Shown: positions 49,157 to 58,684 of the stretch, in pieces
Layout of the letters: each line of letters opens with the position of its first letter
How positions within the stretch are numbered: position 1 is the stretch's first letter
Virus record (IMG/VR): IMGVR_UViG_3300032157_000006
Location: 1-64,000 of that record
DNA from: a virus
DNA length: 64,000 nt
Strand: one strand, 5' to 3'
Position numbers and translations under genes: made by a program
Notes under the pieces: generated by a model
Database searches by the model: none
What the model was told of the DNA's origin: nothing
Seen by the model: the letters and a program-made list of their open reading frames with translations, nothing else

Positions 49157-49618
49157 ATGAACAAAACAGTCACCGTCACGATCACCCGCCCGAACACCAC
49201 GCCGACCTATACCGCTGGCGACGTCATCGGGCCAACCGCGGGCGCTTCGCACAAATTCGGCGTCGAGCAGTCCGGGAGCATCAAGGGCGCTATCCTGATC
49301 GACTCGGTGGCGCCGGCCACCAAGATCGAGGCGGATCTGTACCTTTTCGATTCCGATCCATCTGTAGCGGCCGACGACGCGGCGTTTGTTCCGACCGACG
49401 ACCAGATGAAGGCCCTGGTGGGCGTGATCTCGTTCACGGCCGCCGCCTTCAAGATGGCATATATCGACACCAACGGGCACTGCCAGGTCACCGGCTTGGA
49501 CATTGCGTACTTCGCGCCGGACCGCAAGCTCTACGGCGTTCTCGTGGCGCGCAACGGCTACGTGGCGGTCGCGAACTCGACGCTGACGATTCGCCTGACT
49601 GTGGACGACGGCGCGTGA
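49157..49618 (+). CDS. hypothetical head-module protein (153 aa)
   Basis: ATG 49157 preceded by AAAGGAG. MNKTVTVTITRPNTTPTYTAGDVIGPTAGASHKFGVEQSGSIKGAILIDSV... The track's longer N-terminus is junk. Confidence 0.7.
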   Translation: MNKTVTVTITRPNTTPTYTAGDVIGPTAGASHKFGVEQSGSIKGAILIDSVAPATKIEADLYLFDSDPSVAADDAAFVPTDDQMKALVGVISFTAAAFKMAYIDTNGHCQVTGLDIAYFAPDRKLYGVLVARNGYVAVANSTLTIRLTVDDGA

Positions 49619-50151
49619 GCGAAATCATCGTCAGCGACCGGATCGACGGCGGCGGGCACCGTCTCTCAGACGAACTCCTGCGCTCGCGGGTGCGCGGCTG
49701 GCTCGAGCGCAACGAGTCCCCAGGCATGGCGTTTTGGGTCGGCGCATATTCCGCGAGCGGCAAGTGGATCTTCTGCTCGTCGAACCACGACCGCTACCGG
49801 CCGACCGCAGAGCTGATGACCTACGCGCAGGACGTGTGCCGGCACCTCAACCGCCACGTCGCGGCCGATGGCGCCTGGCTCACCGGCTGGATCCGCGGCG
49901 GGAGGGAGTTTTACCTGCTGTGGAAGGACAAGGACGGCGACATCCAGATCCCGATCGAGGCGCAAAAGCCGTGGCTCGTCCTCCAGCGCTACACGCTCGA
50001 TGACTGGGAAAAGCATGCCACCGCTGCGCTCGGGGTCTGGAGCGAAGTGCACAAGAACATGGATTACGGTCCGGGCCAGCAGGTGCATCGCGCCCGCGGC
50101 CAGCAACCAACTCAGGGGCACGGGAAATTCGTGCCTCCGACGGCGCTGTGA
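49615..50151 (+). CDS. hypothetical protein (178 aa)
   Basis: GTG start in a GTGA overlap. (M)SEIIVSDRIDGGGHRLSDELLRSRVRGWLERNESPGMAFWVGAYSASGKWIF... Confidence 0.6.
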   Translation: MSEIIVSDRIDGGGHRLSDELLRSRVRGWLERNESPGMAFWVGAYSASGKWIFCSSNHDRYRPTAELMTYAQDVCRHLNRHVAADGAWLTGWIRGGREFYLLWKDKDGDIQIPIEAQKPWLVLQRYTLDDWEKHATAALGVWSEVHKNMDYGPGQQVHRARGQQPTQGHGKFVPPTAL

Positions 50152-50293
50152 GAAATCACGGCACCTCTGCTGCAAGACCCGTCGCCGGGGTTTCGGGCGT
50201 ATCGCGCGGGATGCGCGCGTGTTGGGCATCCAAAGCCGTCGCCGGGCATCGGGCGTTTCGGGACATCCAACCCAGTAAAAATAGGACGCAACC

Positions 50294-51493
50294 ATGACGA
50301 CCGCAACAACGCCAAACCAGGACGTCGCGAAAGCGGCAATCGACACGCAACAGACACCGGAGCTGAAGCCGGGCGAGGTGATGCCGGAGGTGGTGAACAT
50401 CCCATCTGCGCCCAACGCCTTTGCCGCGGACGATGCTGCGCTGACTGAGATGCTGGCCGCACAGGCCAAAATCGACGCGGATGCGAAAGCCAAGCAGGAG
50501 ACGGACGCGGCAGCGGGAACCACGCAACCGGCAGCAGGTCAGCCGGCGGCGGCAACACCGGCAGCAGCACCAGCAGGCCAGGACGCAGCAGCAGCAGCCT
50601 CGAAGAACACCGTGGAATCAGCGTTGATCGCTGTTCGCAGAAAAGCGAGCGCGCTCAATGCGGAGAACCTGGTGCTCAAGGGGCAGGTGCAGGCACTCAA
50701 AGGCATCGTCCAGCCAGTTGATGCGGCAGCGCCAGCGGATGGCGCGGCACCGGCAGCGGCAGAACCCAAGACATTCGAGGAAGCCTTCGCAGCGGTCGAC
50801 GCGGAATACGCGAATATCGCCGAGAAGGTGGACAACGGGGAACTGTCGATGAAGGAGGCCGAAGCCAAACGCGCGGAACTCAGGGGGCGTGAACGTGCGC
50901 TCAACGAGGAACGCAGCTTGCAAATCGCCGATCAGGCGACGACGCAGGCGGCAACGTCGTCGAACGACCTTGGGCTGCAAGAGCATGTGCACAAGCTCGT
51001 CGAGGACTTTCCGGTGGTGAATCGCCTGACCAAAGAGCAGCTTCAACCGTTCGAGGATCTGGCCTACGAAAAGGCCAAGATGGCGGGGAATCCAATTCCC
51101 ACCGGACCGATCGGAACGAAAAGGCTGCGCGAGGAAATGGCGGCTCTCGCCGAAGCGTTCTACGATCCAGCGGCAGCGGCTGCGCGAGCAGCCAAGAAAC
51201 CTGGGGCAGTAGCAGCACCTGGCAGTGGCGGTCAAGCTCAACCTTCGGGCGGCGCACAGCCCGGCACTGGAACCACTCCTTCCGCGCAGCAGCGGGAAGC
51301 GAAGCTCCACGTCGCCGGAAACATGCCGCCGGACATTGGGAACATGGGGGCGCCAGCGTCGGGCGGAGAAATCACGGACGCTCAAGGGGCGGCGATAGTT
51401 GCCAACCTGAAAGACGACGACCTGATCCGCTGGCTCGATGCGAATCCGAAGTTCAGAGACAAACAACTGGCCGGCGTTTTGCGGCCTCGATAG
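50294..51493 (+). CDS. putative scaffolding protein
   Basis: 399 aa, Ala/Glu/Lys/Gln-rich with long predicted helices, no Cys/Trp-rich core. Lies immediately upstream of the major capsid gene. Confidence 0.65.
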   Translation: MTTATTPNQDVAKAAIDTQQTPELKPGEVMPEVVNIPSAPNAFAADDAALTEMLAAQAKIDADAKAKQETDAAAGTTQPAAGQPAAATPAAAPAGQDAAAAASKNTVESALIAVRRKASALNAENLVLKGQVQALKGIVQPVDAAAPADGAAPAAAEPKTFEEAFAAVDAEYANIAEKVDNGELSMKEAEAKRAELRGRERALNEERSLQIADQATTQAATSSNDLGLQEHVHKLVEDFPVVNRLTKEQLQPFEDLAYEKAKMAGNPIPTGPIGTKRLREEMAALAEAFYDPAAAAARAAKKPGAVAAPGSGGQAQPSGGAQPGTGTTPSAQQREAKLHVAGNMPPDIGNMGAPASGGEITDAQGAAIVANLKDDDLIRWLDANPKFRDKQLAGVLRPR

Positions 51494-51517
51494 CCAACCC
51501 CAAGGAGAAAAACTGAA

Positions 51518-52633
51518 ATGCTTACCGACTTCGGGGCTCTGAGCGATCTTCAGAAGAAAATCTACTCGGCGCAGGTCACCAAGCAAGGCCGGGACGACAA
51601 CTTCTGGATGTCCAATGGATTCATGGGTAGCTCAACCGATGACTCCTCAAAGCCCATCCACAAAGTCACGGAACTGACGAAAACCGAACGCGGGACGGAG
51701 GCAGTCCTCCCCCTCGTCGGCGACATCGGCGGTGGCGTGGCGAACGACAATCAGCTCGAAGGGGCGGAGCAACCCCTTATCACGGATGCGCAAACGATTC
51801 GCATCGACCAATGGCGCAACGGCGTTCGCTCGAAAGGGCGCATGTCGGAGCAGGCCACGGTCCTTCGTTTCCGCGTCCAGGCGAAGGACGCCCTCGCGTT
51901 CTGGCTGGCCGACACCATCGACGAAATGCTGTTCCTCTGCGCCGCCGGGCGCGCGTTCACCGTCAACACCGACGGCTCGACGCGCTCCGGATCGCAGATG
52001 CCGTCGCTGGCGTTTGCCGCAGATGTGGCGGCAGCTTCGACGAACCGGCTGATGTATGCCGGTGCGGCGACGTCGGAAGCCACGATCACGGCGTCCGACA
52101 CGTTCACCTGGGATCTCGTGACCCAGGCGAAAGCCTTCGCCAAACGCAAGCGCATGCGCCCGATCCGCATGGGTGGGAAGTCCTACTACTGCCTGGTGCT
52201 ATCCACCGAGCAGTGCCGGGACCTGGAAAAGACGAGCGACTACAAGACGCTCACTGCCCAGGCCCTCCCCCGCGGCATCGACAACCCCCTGTTCTCCAAC
52301 GCGAAGAAAGTCATCAACGAGGTGGTGATCTACGACCACCAGAAGGTGTACAACACGCTCGGGCTCACGTCCGGGTCGCGGTGGGGTTCGGGCAGCACCA
52401 TCCACGGTGCACAGGCGATGCTTTTGGGCGCGCAAGCGCTCGGTTATGCCGCTCTGGATGACGGCACCCCCGGAATGGACGAGTCGGATAACACCGACTA
52501 CGGCAACCGGCCGGCGCTCGGCATCCATCGGATCATCGGCATGCTGAAGCCTCAGTTCAAGTCGAGGTACGATTCCAACAGTCGCGAGGACTACGGGATC
52601 GTCTCGATCAAGACTGCGGCGGCGGCGAGCTGA
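51518..52633 (+). CDS. major capsid protein (N4-gp56-type, HK97 fold)
   Basis: ATG preceded by AAGGAGA. NQLEGAEQPLITDAQTIRIDQWRNGVRSKGRMSEQATVLRFRVQAKDALAFWLADTIDEMLFLCAAG matches the N4-gp56-family capsid pattern as I remember it. Followed by a strong terminator. Confidence 0.85.
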   Translation: MLTDFGALSDLQKKIYSAQVTKQGRDDNFWMSNGFMGSSTDDSSKPIHKVTELTKTERGTEAVLPLVGDIGGGVANDNQLEGAEQPLITDAQTIRIDQWRNGVRSKGRMSEQATVLRFRVQAKDALAFWLADTIDEMLFLCAAGRAFTVNTDGSTRSGSQMPSLAFAADVAAASTNRLMYAGAATSEATITASDTFTWDLVTQAKAFAKRKRMRPIRMGGKSYYCLVLSTEQCRDLEKTSDYKTLTAQALPRGIDNPLFSNAKKVINEVVIYDHQKVYNTLGLTSGSRWGSGSTIHGAQAMLLGAQALGYAALDDGTPGMDESDNTDYGNRPALGIHRIIGMLKPQFKSRYDSNSREDYGIVSIKTAAAAS

Positions 52634-52643
52634 GGAGAATACG

Positions 52644-53342
52644 ATGCCCACTCCCCGTTACCGTTATCGTTTTCAGCTTCAAGACCGCAGCCTTGGCGAT
52701 TTCGCAGGCCCCCCGATCACGGGTGCCGGCGGCGTCGTGCGCGCGTGTGTCGCTGGATCGCCCCTTTGGGCGGCCCTCACCGACAAGAGCGGCGCGTCGA
52801 TCACGAACCCGGTTTCCCTCACGAGGGGAAGCGCCGAGTTCTACTCGGTCGAGGCAGCACTGGACCTGTTCATCCAGTGCCCGGACGGCCAGTTCGTCGA
52901 TCTGTGGTCGGTCGGCCCCGATGAGATGCACGAGGTTCCGGTCGATCGGAGCCGTCGGGATCAGGTGATGGTCATTCCGGTGCACATCACCAACTACGCG
53001 GCAGCGGTCGAAACCGCCACCGGGTTCACCGAGCCGTCGGAAGCGCTGTTTACTGCCGATGCAGTGTCGGTGAACGTGATCGCTCTGGATGCGACCGAAA
53101 CCCTGGATGTCGGAACGGCCACGGCCGCGTCCGGCGACCCGGACGGTTTCATCTCGGCGATCGACATCGGCGCTGCACTCGGCGTCGTGAAGGACAACGG
53201 AGCCCTGTTCTCATCGGGCGCCGCGCACATCAGCACCAGCAAGAGCATTGTGGTCACCACCACGGCCGGCTCGGACACGCTCGTTTGCTACGTGTTCCTG
53301 CCGTACACCTTGGTCAAGGTGAACGCGCCGACCCTGAACTAA
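52644..53342 (+). CDS. hypothetical virion protein (232 aa)
   Basis: ATG preceded by GAGGAG. Beta-rich Thr/Ala/Val composition. Last gene before the terminator. Confidence 0.7.
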   Translation: MPTPRYRYRFQLQDRSLGDFAGPPITGAGGVVRACVAGSPLWAALTDKSGASITNPVSLTRGSAEFYSVEAALDLFIQCPDGQFVDLWSVGPDEMHEVPVDRSRRDQVMVIPVHITNYAAAVETATGFTEPSEALFTADAVSVNVIALDATETLDVGTATAASGDPDGFISAIDIGAALGVVKDNGALFSSGAAHISTSKSIVVTTTAGSDTLVCYVFLPYTLVKVNAPTLN

Positions 53343-53376
53343 GGGGTGTTTTCGGCAAAGCTGTAAGCTGCAAGAA

Positions 53377-53402
53377 TCCCGCCCCTTCGGGGGCGGGGTT
53401 TT
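53377..53402 (+). terminator. rho-independent terminator after the capsid module
   Basis: CCCGCCCC (53378-85), loop TTCG, GGGGCGGG (53390-97), followed by TTTT (53399-53402). Confidence 0.85.
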
Positions 53403-53427
53403 CCACCAACCTGACGTGAGGGACGTG

Positions 53428-54000
53428 ATGGAACCGACCAAAAACGAAGTGAAGGCCAAGCCGATGTACGTGGTGTTCGACTCCCTGCAACGTGGCGACA
53501 AGCCGCGCCGGCACGACGTCATCACCAAGTTCTACCCGAAAGACGAATCCGGCTACCAGCCGGAGCCCGAGACGATCGGCTACGACCTGTTCGGCGACCG
53601 CGGCACCGCGATGCCGATCGAGCATGCGCTCAAATTCCTGGTCGACCCGGCATTCAAGGTGTGCAAGCCCGATGGCACCCGCATCATGCCGGTCCCGAAA
53701 ACCGACCTATCCAAGCCGATCACGAACCTGAAGGACGACGAAGTTGTCGTGAGCTACGGCGAGCTGTCGAAGGATGCCCTGTTCCGGCGCGTGAAGGTTC
53801 TGCCGGGCTCCGAGGACATCCGCGAGAACGCGAACCACATCGAACTGGTCGAGTTCATCGTCGCCTGGCGCAAGAGCCTGCGCGGCATGACGCAGGGCGA
53901 CAAGGACCTGGCCGTCAAGATGGCCACCGGCGAACTGGGCGGTGGCATGACCGGCGACCAGCTCGACTCGATGTTCGGCGACAAGAAGATCGCGGCCTGA
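53428..54000 (+). CDS. hypothetical protein (190 aa)
   Basis: ATG 53428 (the track GTG 53416 is also possible). MEPTKNEVKAKPMYVVFDSLQRGDKPRRHDVITKFYPKDESGYQPEPETIGYDLF... Confidence 0.65.
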   Translation: MEPTKNEVKAKPMYVVFDSLQRGDKPRRHDVITKFYPKDESGYQPEPETIGYDLFGDRGTAMPIEHALKFLVDPAFKVCKPDGTRIMPVPKTDLSKPITNLKDDEVVVSYGELSKDALFRRVKVLPGSEDIRENANHIELVEFIVAWRKSLRGMTQGDKDLAVKMATGELGGGMTGDQLDSMFGDKKIAA

Positions 54001-54017
54001 CGAAAAGGGGATAGATC

Positions 54018-54284
54018 GTGGCACTCGAGAAGCGCTTCGACACCATCCTGGACCTGCGCGGGAACGCCGTTGAAGGCGCGACCGTCGAGGTCAGGGAGTA
54101 TCCGGGCGGAGCGCTCGCCACGATCTATTCCGATTCCGGCGGCGTGACGCCGATCGAGAATCCGCAGTCGACCGACGAGAACGGGTACTTCGAGTATTAC
54201 GCGGCAAACGGGCGATATTCCTGGGTCATCACGACGAACCTGTCGACCAGGACCGTCAACGACGTTCAACATTACGGGCACTGA
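54018..54284 (+). CDS. small beta-sandwich-like hypothetical protein (88 aa)
   Basis: GTG after AAAGGGGA. ...GNAVEGATVEVREYPGGALATIYSDSGGVTPIENPQSTDENGYFEYYAANGRYSWVI resembles the carboxypeptidase-regulatory/prealbumin-like small domains common in tail modules. Confidence 0.6.
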   Translation: MALEKRFDTILDLRGNAVEGATVEVREYPGGALATIYSDSGGVTPIENPQSTDENGYFEYYAANGRYSWVITTNLSTRTVNDVQHYGH

Positions 54285-54298
54285 CAGGGAGATAGCAC

Positions 54299-54691
54299 AT
54301 GGACAGAATCCAACTTGCTGTCGATTCCTCGCCCGGATGGGTCGCGTTTATTTCAGGTGTATTTTCCTGGTTCTTTCAGGATGTGCCGATCGCCATGTTC
54401 GGGGTGCCGGCGTCCGTGGTGCTCGCCGGATTCGCAGGGGCGATGGCGATCATCTCTCTACTCCCGCCATTCGAGACGCGAAAGAAAATGTGGAGCACCG
54501 TCGCGATCTGTACGGCTGCGGCGGCGTATTTGACAAAGGTTGCTCTCAAGCTGAAGGGTTGGGACATGGAGTACGCGCTCGGTATGGCGTTCACTGTGGG
54601 TTTTGGGTTTCAGTGGGTGGGTCAGTTGCTTGTTCAGAACGGGGGAAAGCTCTTTGATGCCTTTCTTGCTCGCATTCGCGGAGGCCCCTAA
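54299..54691 (+). CDS. membrane protein, 3-4 TM (holin-like candidate)
   Basis: WVAFISGVFSWFF, IAMFGVPASVVLAGFAGAMAIISLL, MWSTVAICTAAAAYL, ALGMAFTVGFGFQWVGQLLV. ATG preceded by AGGGAGA. Confidence 0.6.
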   Translation: MDRIQLAVDSSPGWVAFISGVFSWFFQDVPIAMFGVPASVVLAGFAGAMAIISLLPPFETRKKMWSTVAICTAAAAYLTKVALKLKGWDMEYALGMAFTVGFGFQWVGQLLVQNGGKLFDAFLARIRGGP

Positions 54692-55032
54692 TGAACCTTG
54701 GAATCGAACTGCTTGACCTGTTTTGCATGATCTGCGGCGTCGTCATTGTCTACAAGAGCGCCCCCCACATCGAGATGATGCGCTGGCGCAGCAATCACAT
54801 CATCCGGTTCGCCTACTGGTCGCTTTGCGTTGGAGGCGCCTCGATGTTCTGCTCCGGGTTCTCCAATGAGCCTTGGCTGCGCACTATAGGCTGGTCGATG
54901 GTTGTCGCCGGCACCGCGCTGCTTTCGATGTTCGACAAACGCCGCCCGGTCGGCATCGAGTACGATGAACAGCGCAGGGACGCCACCACCGTTATGCGCT
55001 CTGGCGGCCATGGTCCAGAGGGCCAGCAATGA
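54691..55032 (+). CDS. membrane protein, about 3 TM (holin/antiholin-like candidate)
   Basis: TAATG overlap. LLDLFCMICGVVIVY, IIRFAYWSLCVGGASMFCSGF, TIGWSMVVAGTALLSMF; charged C-terminus. Confidence 0.6.
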   Translation: MNLGIELLDLFCMICGVVIVYKSAPHIEMMRWRSNHIIRFAYWSLCVGGASMFCSGFSNEPWLRTIGWSMVVAGTALLSMFDKRRPVGIEYDEQRRDATTVMRSGGHGPEGQQ

Positions 55033-55832
55033 CCACGCTCGAGGCCGCGCAAGGCGATACCGCGCCGCTGCCCGTCAGGCGGCTGACGTCGCGCCAGATC
55101 GCCGAGAAGGTGCTGGAGAAGATCGGCGCCTTCACGATCAACGATAGCGGCGCCGACCCGGTGGCTACCGAGCGGGTGCTCGAGTGGATGGAGATCGAGA
55201 TTGGGCACCTGTCAGGTGTGCACCGTCTCCAGTGGCTGATCCCCACCACGGTCGAGTTCGACCTCGAGGACGGCATCGCCGAGTACGTGCTCGCTGACGT
55301 GCTTGGGGACCAGTATCCTGCCCTTGGCATCGCCTACCCGATCGCGGCCTACGTCGGCACCGTCACGGATCCTGACGACGAGGATGAGGTGGTCAACTTC
55401 CGCGAAGTACCGATCGTGCGGCGCCTGACCTACGAGCAGCATTCCCAAAGGCAGGCATCGGGGGTGCCGGATGAAATCTACATCGACCGGCTGAACGAGA
55501 ACAAAAACCTGTTCGTCTACCCGGTCCAGAACGAATCGGTCAACGTGCGCGTGCGCCTGCTGCTCCAGACCTATCCGCGCTCCGTGATGGGCCAGGGCGC
55601 AGAGGACACGGCCGGGGACGTTGCGCACGGCTTCCCGGTCGAGTGGCAGAAGTGGCTCATCATGGCGGGCGCCGCGGCCGTCGGTAACGGCCCGGTGCGC
55701 AGGCTCGATGCGAACACGCTCAAGGGGATTCAGGTCGAAGCCGGCCAGGCGCTCGTTGAGCTGATGGGCGCTCAGAACAGGGAGAAAATCACGCACAAGC
55801 TGCGGCGCACACGCCGCTACGGGGGACCATAG
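55029..55832 (+). CDS. hypothetical virion protein (267 aa), possible head-tail adaptor
   Basis: ATGA overlap. Lies between the membrane proteins and the large tail proteins. Function guessed from position only. Confidence 0.5.
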   Translation: MTTLEAAQGDTAPLPVRRLTSRQIAEKVLEKIGAFTINDSGADPVATERVLEWMEIEIGHLSGVHRLQWLIPTTVEFDLEDGIAEYVLADVLGDQYPALGIAYPIAAYVGTVTDPDDEDEVVNFREVPIVRRLTYEQHSQRQASGVPDEIYIDRLNENKNLFVYPVQNESVNVRVRLLLQTYPRSVMGQGAEDTAGDVAHGFPVEWQKWLIMAGAAAVGNGPVRRLDANTLKGIQVEAGQALVELMGAQNREKITHKLRRTRRYGGP

Positions 55833-55834
55833 AA

Positions 55835-58657
55835 ATGGCGCGCACTGCGATCAACAGGTTCGAGCTTGCCAACGCGCTCTACAAAAACGGGGTCGTGTCG
55901 TTCTACACGGTCGCCGCTGGCGTCAAGACCTCGGTGCTCGCCACGCTGTATGCCTCGCCAACGCCATCAAACACAGCGCAGCTCGCCAACCCTCAGAAGC
56001 TGGATTCCAGGGGCAAACTGAAGCAACCCGTCTACGCCGATGTCCCGGTGATCGCGACGATCGAGGGCGTTTCTGTTCCGACCCACGACACCGGGGTCAT
56101 CAGCCCTGCGCCAATCTTTCGGGTAAACACGACCACCGGAGAACTCGAATACTCGTTCGATGGCGGAGTCTCATGGACATCGACAGGTAACCCGGCCGGG
56201 CAATTCCTGCCTGTTGCCGATGCGCAGAACACGGTAGACGCATCGAAGGGTGCGGGCCTGATTGGATTCACATACGCTCTCGGATACGCCGCAGGGACGA
56301 TAGGGAAATGGCTGAAAGACCTTGCGACATCGGCCGGAGCATCGTTCATTGGGTATATCCAATCCGGCGCAGGAGCGGTGGCGAGGACTCTAACGCAGCG
56401 GATCCAATCGCTTCCGTTGCGCAATGACTTCACGCTTGCGAGCGATTGGCGTTCCGCTGTTGCAGACATTGCAGATCCTCAACTCTCCCAAGAGCAAATC
56501 GAAAACCTCCAAGACGATCTAGGTGCAATTTCGTCATCTGTTGGAACGGATTCATTAGGCATTCCATTTACAGATCCCAGTGCGATAGTCGCGCCGAACG
56601 TCACGAACTTAGCGGACCCGGACGTAACAGACTCGCAGCTTCCCGCGACGGCCGATCACCTGCACCGGGTCTACAACTCAGGCGGCGGGGCGTTGAACGC
56701 CCAGAGCCCATCCACGCTCGGCACGTTCGCGGTGACGAAAAAATATAACGTCACTGCAGGGACCGAATACACGGTCAGCCTGCATAACGCGCCAGTAGAG
56801 TTTTTACTTTATTTTGTCAGCGGCGGCGAATTCCTCTGCTTTTACAACACCGATGAAAGTCATCACTCAAACCTGACGGCTGCGCAGTTTACCCGCGCTG
56901 CAGATGCACGCTCGGCGGTGTTCACGGTCCCCGCAGGCGCCGAGCGCGTGGCGTTTAACCTGCGCAATTCCGTCTTGTTCAGCAATACCGATCCGATGAC
57001 AGAAGAGGCGGTAGAGCAATGCCTGCTCAACGTCATGATAAACGAAGGTGCTACTGCGTTACCGTTTGCCCCATTTAATGATGGCACGCTCACTGCGACG
57101 TCAGACACCTTCGACCCAGAGCAAGAAAGTGTAATAGAGGTTGTGAAGCAGGGCGAGTTTTTCTACATTCGCGCAGATTGTCAGCTTTCAGAGGACAAGG
57201 ACGTAGTGTGGCGAGTGCGCGTCAACCATGCGGCGAGCTACAACGCCGTCAATTCGAAGACCGGGATTGTCGATTTCTACGGCATCCGGTTCATCGACAA
57301 GGACGATGAAGCGACCGTGTCGGCGTTCAACCAATCCATGGACGTTCACAACGTCGGCATGGATGAGTCATGCCCGATCAAGCTCAATTCGATGTTCCTT
57401 GCCGGGACTCATGGCGTCATCGGCTATAAGGCGACGGCGGTTGCACACGGCAAGGCAAACGAGGATGTCGGCTCGATTTGGGACGATGGAATTGATGAAT
57501 GGGTGCTTTACTACATAGATAGCGCGGATGCGGTGACGTTCGTCCGAAGGTATAGCGGAGCCTCGGATGAGTGGACTATCAGTACGCAAGACTTCGGCAG
57601 CGGCACGCTGACACACGTTTCTGGCGCGACCAATACGGGTGATGTGACCGTGACTGCATCGGCCCAGGCGCAGGTCATTCCCATTATTCGCGGCTACCTC
57701 GCCGAACTGCGTGTCGATGATGTGCCAATTTCGGATGATGGAACATACAAGGGTGAGCGCGTCACGCTCGGGGAAGTCTATTCGCTCCTTAACGCGGCGC
57801 TGCAACAGGATTACCTAATTGCCGAAGTTGGCGCGGCGTCGCCTGATCTAGACAATGCCGACATTGGCGAGCAGGTCAGGTTTTACTATGAATTCGAGTG
57901 GAACCTTTTCGGTGCGATGTCCATCAGGACCGCGCAGGGCGTGAAGGACAACTATCGCCGCGCTGCCAATATTGACTATTGGGGCGGGCTACAGTTGCAG
58001 CGGCTCTCCTTGGTTGGAGATGTCCCGTCAGGAATGCACGATGAAGTTCATCTGTATGTTCCTGAAATCGCCCCTGTTGACGGGTACGATTTAGAGGCGG
58101 TCGCGGACATAACATCGAATGCGGCGAATGTGGTGTTGCCGCGCACATCATGCGATGACCCTGATGATCCGGCCTCACATTTTTGCCTGATTGGCAAGGA
58201 CAGCGGAGGCGTAACACTGTCTGGTCATCTATTCGGCTACAGCAGAGAAGAAGGCAATGGCGTTCCGGCTACGCGCGCCGCGAAAGTGGATACCGTGCTG
58301 CTGTTCAGTGCTGCTGAAAAAATGTATCCATTCGCCGTGGATGGCGCGGCAGGCGATGCCGCCGAGGGCGATGTGGAGTCAGTCACCGCGTTCCGCGCGC
58401 CGTTTATGCCCACCGATGCCGACCTGACCGTTCCGGGTGTCGTGGTCACGATGAGCGGGGAAACCTACGTCTACATCACGGCGCACCAGACTTTGACACA
58501 AAAATCGGTTGCGATTCCGGACAAATATACCGGGAAAGCGGTGACCACGGTCAAGGGTCATGCAAATGTCACGGTGCACAGCACTTTCGTATCTGCTGCG
58601 GCAATTATTATTTCTGTGTCGAGCGGGTATGGTGATGTTGTGCTGAGACTAGGCTAA
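55835..58657 (+). CDS. large tail/receptor-binding-type structural protein (940 aa)
   Basis: ATG 2 nt after the upstream stop. Beta-rich Thr/Ser/Gly/Asn/Asp composition. GC is lower in 56400-58600 than in neighbouring genes. Confidence 0.65.
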   Translation: MARTAINRFELANALYKNGVVSFYTVAAGVKTSVLATLYASPTPSNTAQLANPQKLDSRGKLKQPVYADVPVIATIEGVSVPTHDTGVISPAPIFRVNTTTGELEYSFDGGVSWTSTGNPAGQFLPVADAQNTVDASKGAGLIGFTYALGYAAGTIGKWLKDLATSAGASFIGYIQSGAGAVARTLTQRIQSLPLRNDFTLASDWRSAVADIADPQLSQEQIENLQDDLGAISSSVGTDSLGIPFTDPSAIVAPNVTNLADPDVTDSQLPATADHLHRVYNSGGGALNAQSPSTLGTFAVTKKYNVTAGTEYTVSLHNAPVEFLLYFVSGGEFLCFYNTDESHHSNLTAAQFTRAADARSAVFTVPAGAERVAFNLRNSVLFSNTDPMTEEAVEQCLLNVMINEGATALPFAPFNDGTLTATSDTFDPEQESVIEVVKQGEFFYIRADCQLSEDKDVVWRVRVNHAASYNAVNSKTGIVDFYGIRFIDKDDEATVSAFNQSMDVHNVGMDESCPIKLNSMFLAGTHGVIGYKATAVAHGKANEDVGSIWDDGIDEWVLYYIDSADAVTFVRRYSGASDEWTISTQDFGSGTLTHVSGATNTGDVTVTASAQAQVIPIIRGYLAELRVDDVPISDDGTYKGERVTLGEVYSLLNAALQQDYLIAEVGAASPDLDNADIGEQVRFYYEFEWNLFGAMSIRTAQGVKDNYRRAANIDYWGGLQLQRLSLVGDVPSGMHDEVHLYVPEIAPVDGYDLEAVADITSNAANVVLPRTSCDDPDDPASHFCLIGKDSGGVTLSGHLFGYSREEGNGVPATRAAKVDTVLLFSAAEKMYPFAVDGAAGDAAEGDVESVTAFRAPFMPTDADLTVPGVVVTMSGETYVYITAHQTLTQKSVAIPDKYTGKAVTTVKGHANVTVHSTFVSAAAIIISVSSGYGDVVLRLG

Positions 58658-58684
58658 AAGAGCATCGAGAACAGGGGGACATGA

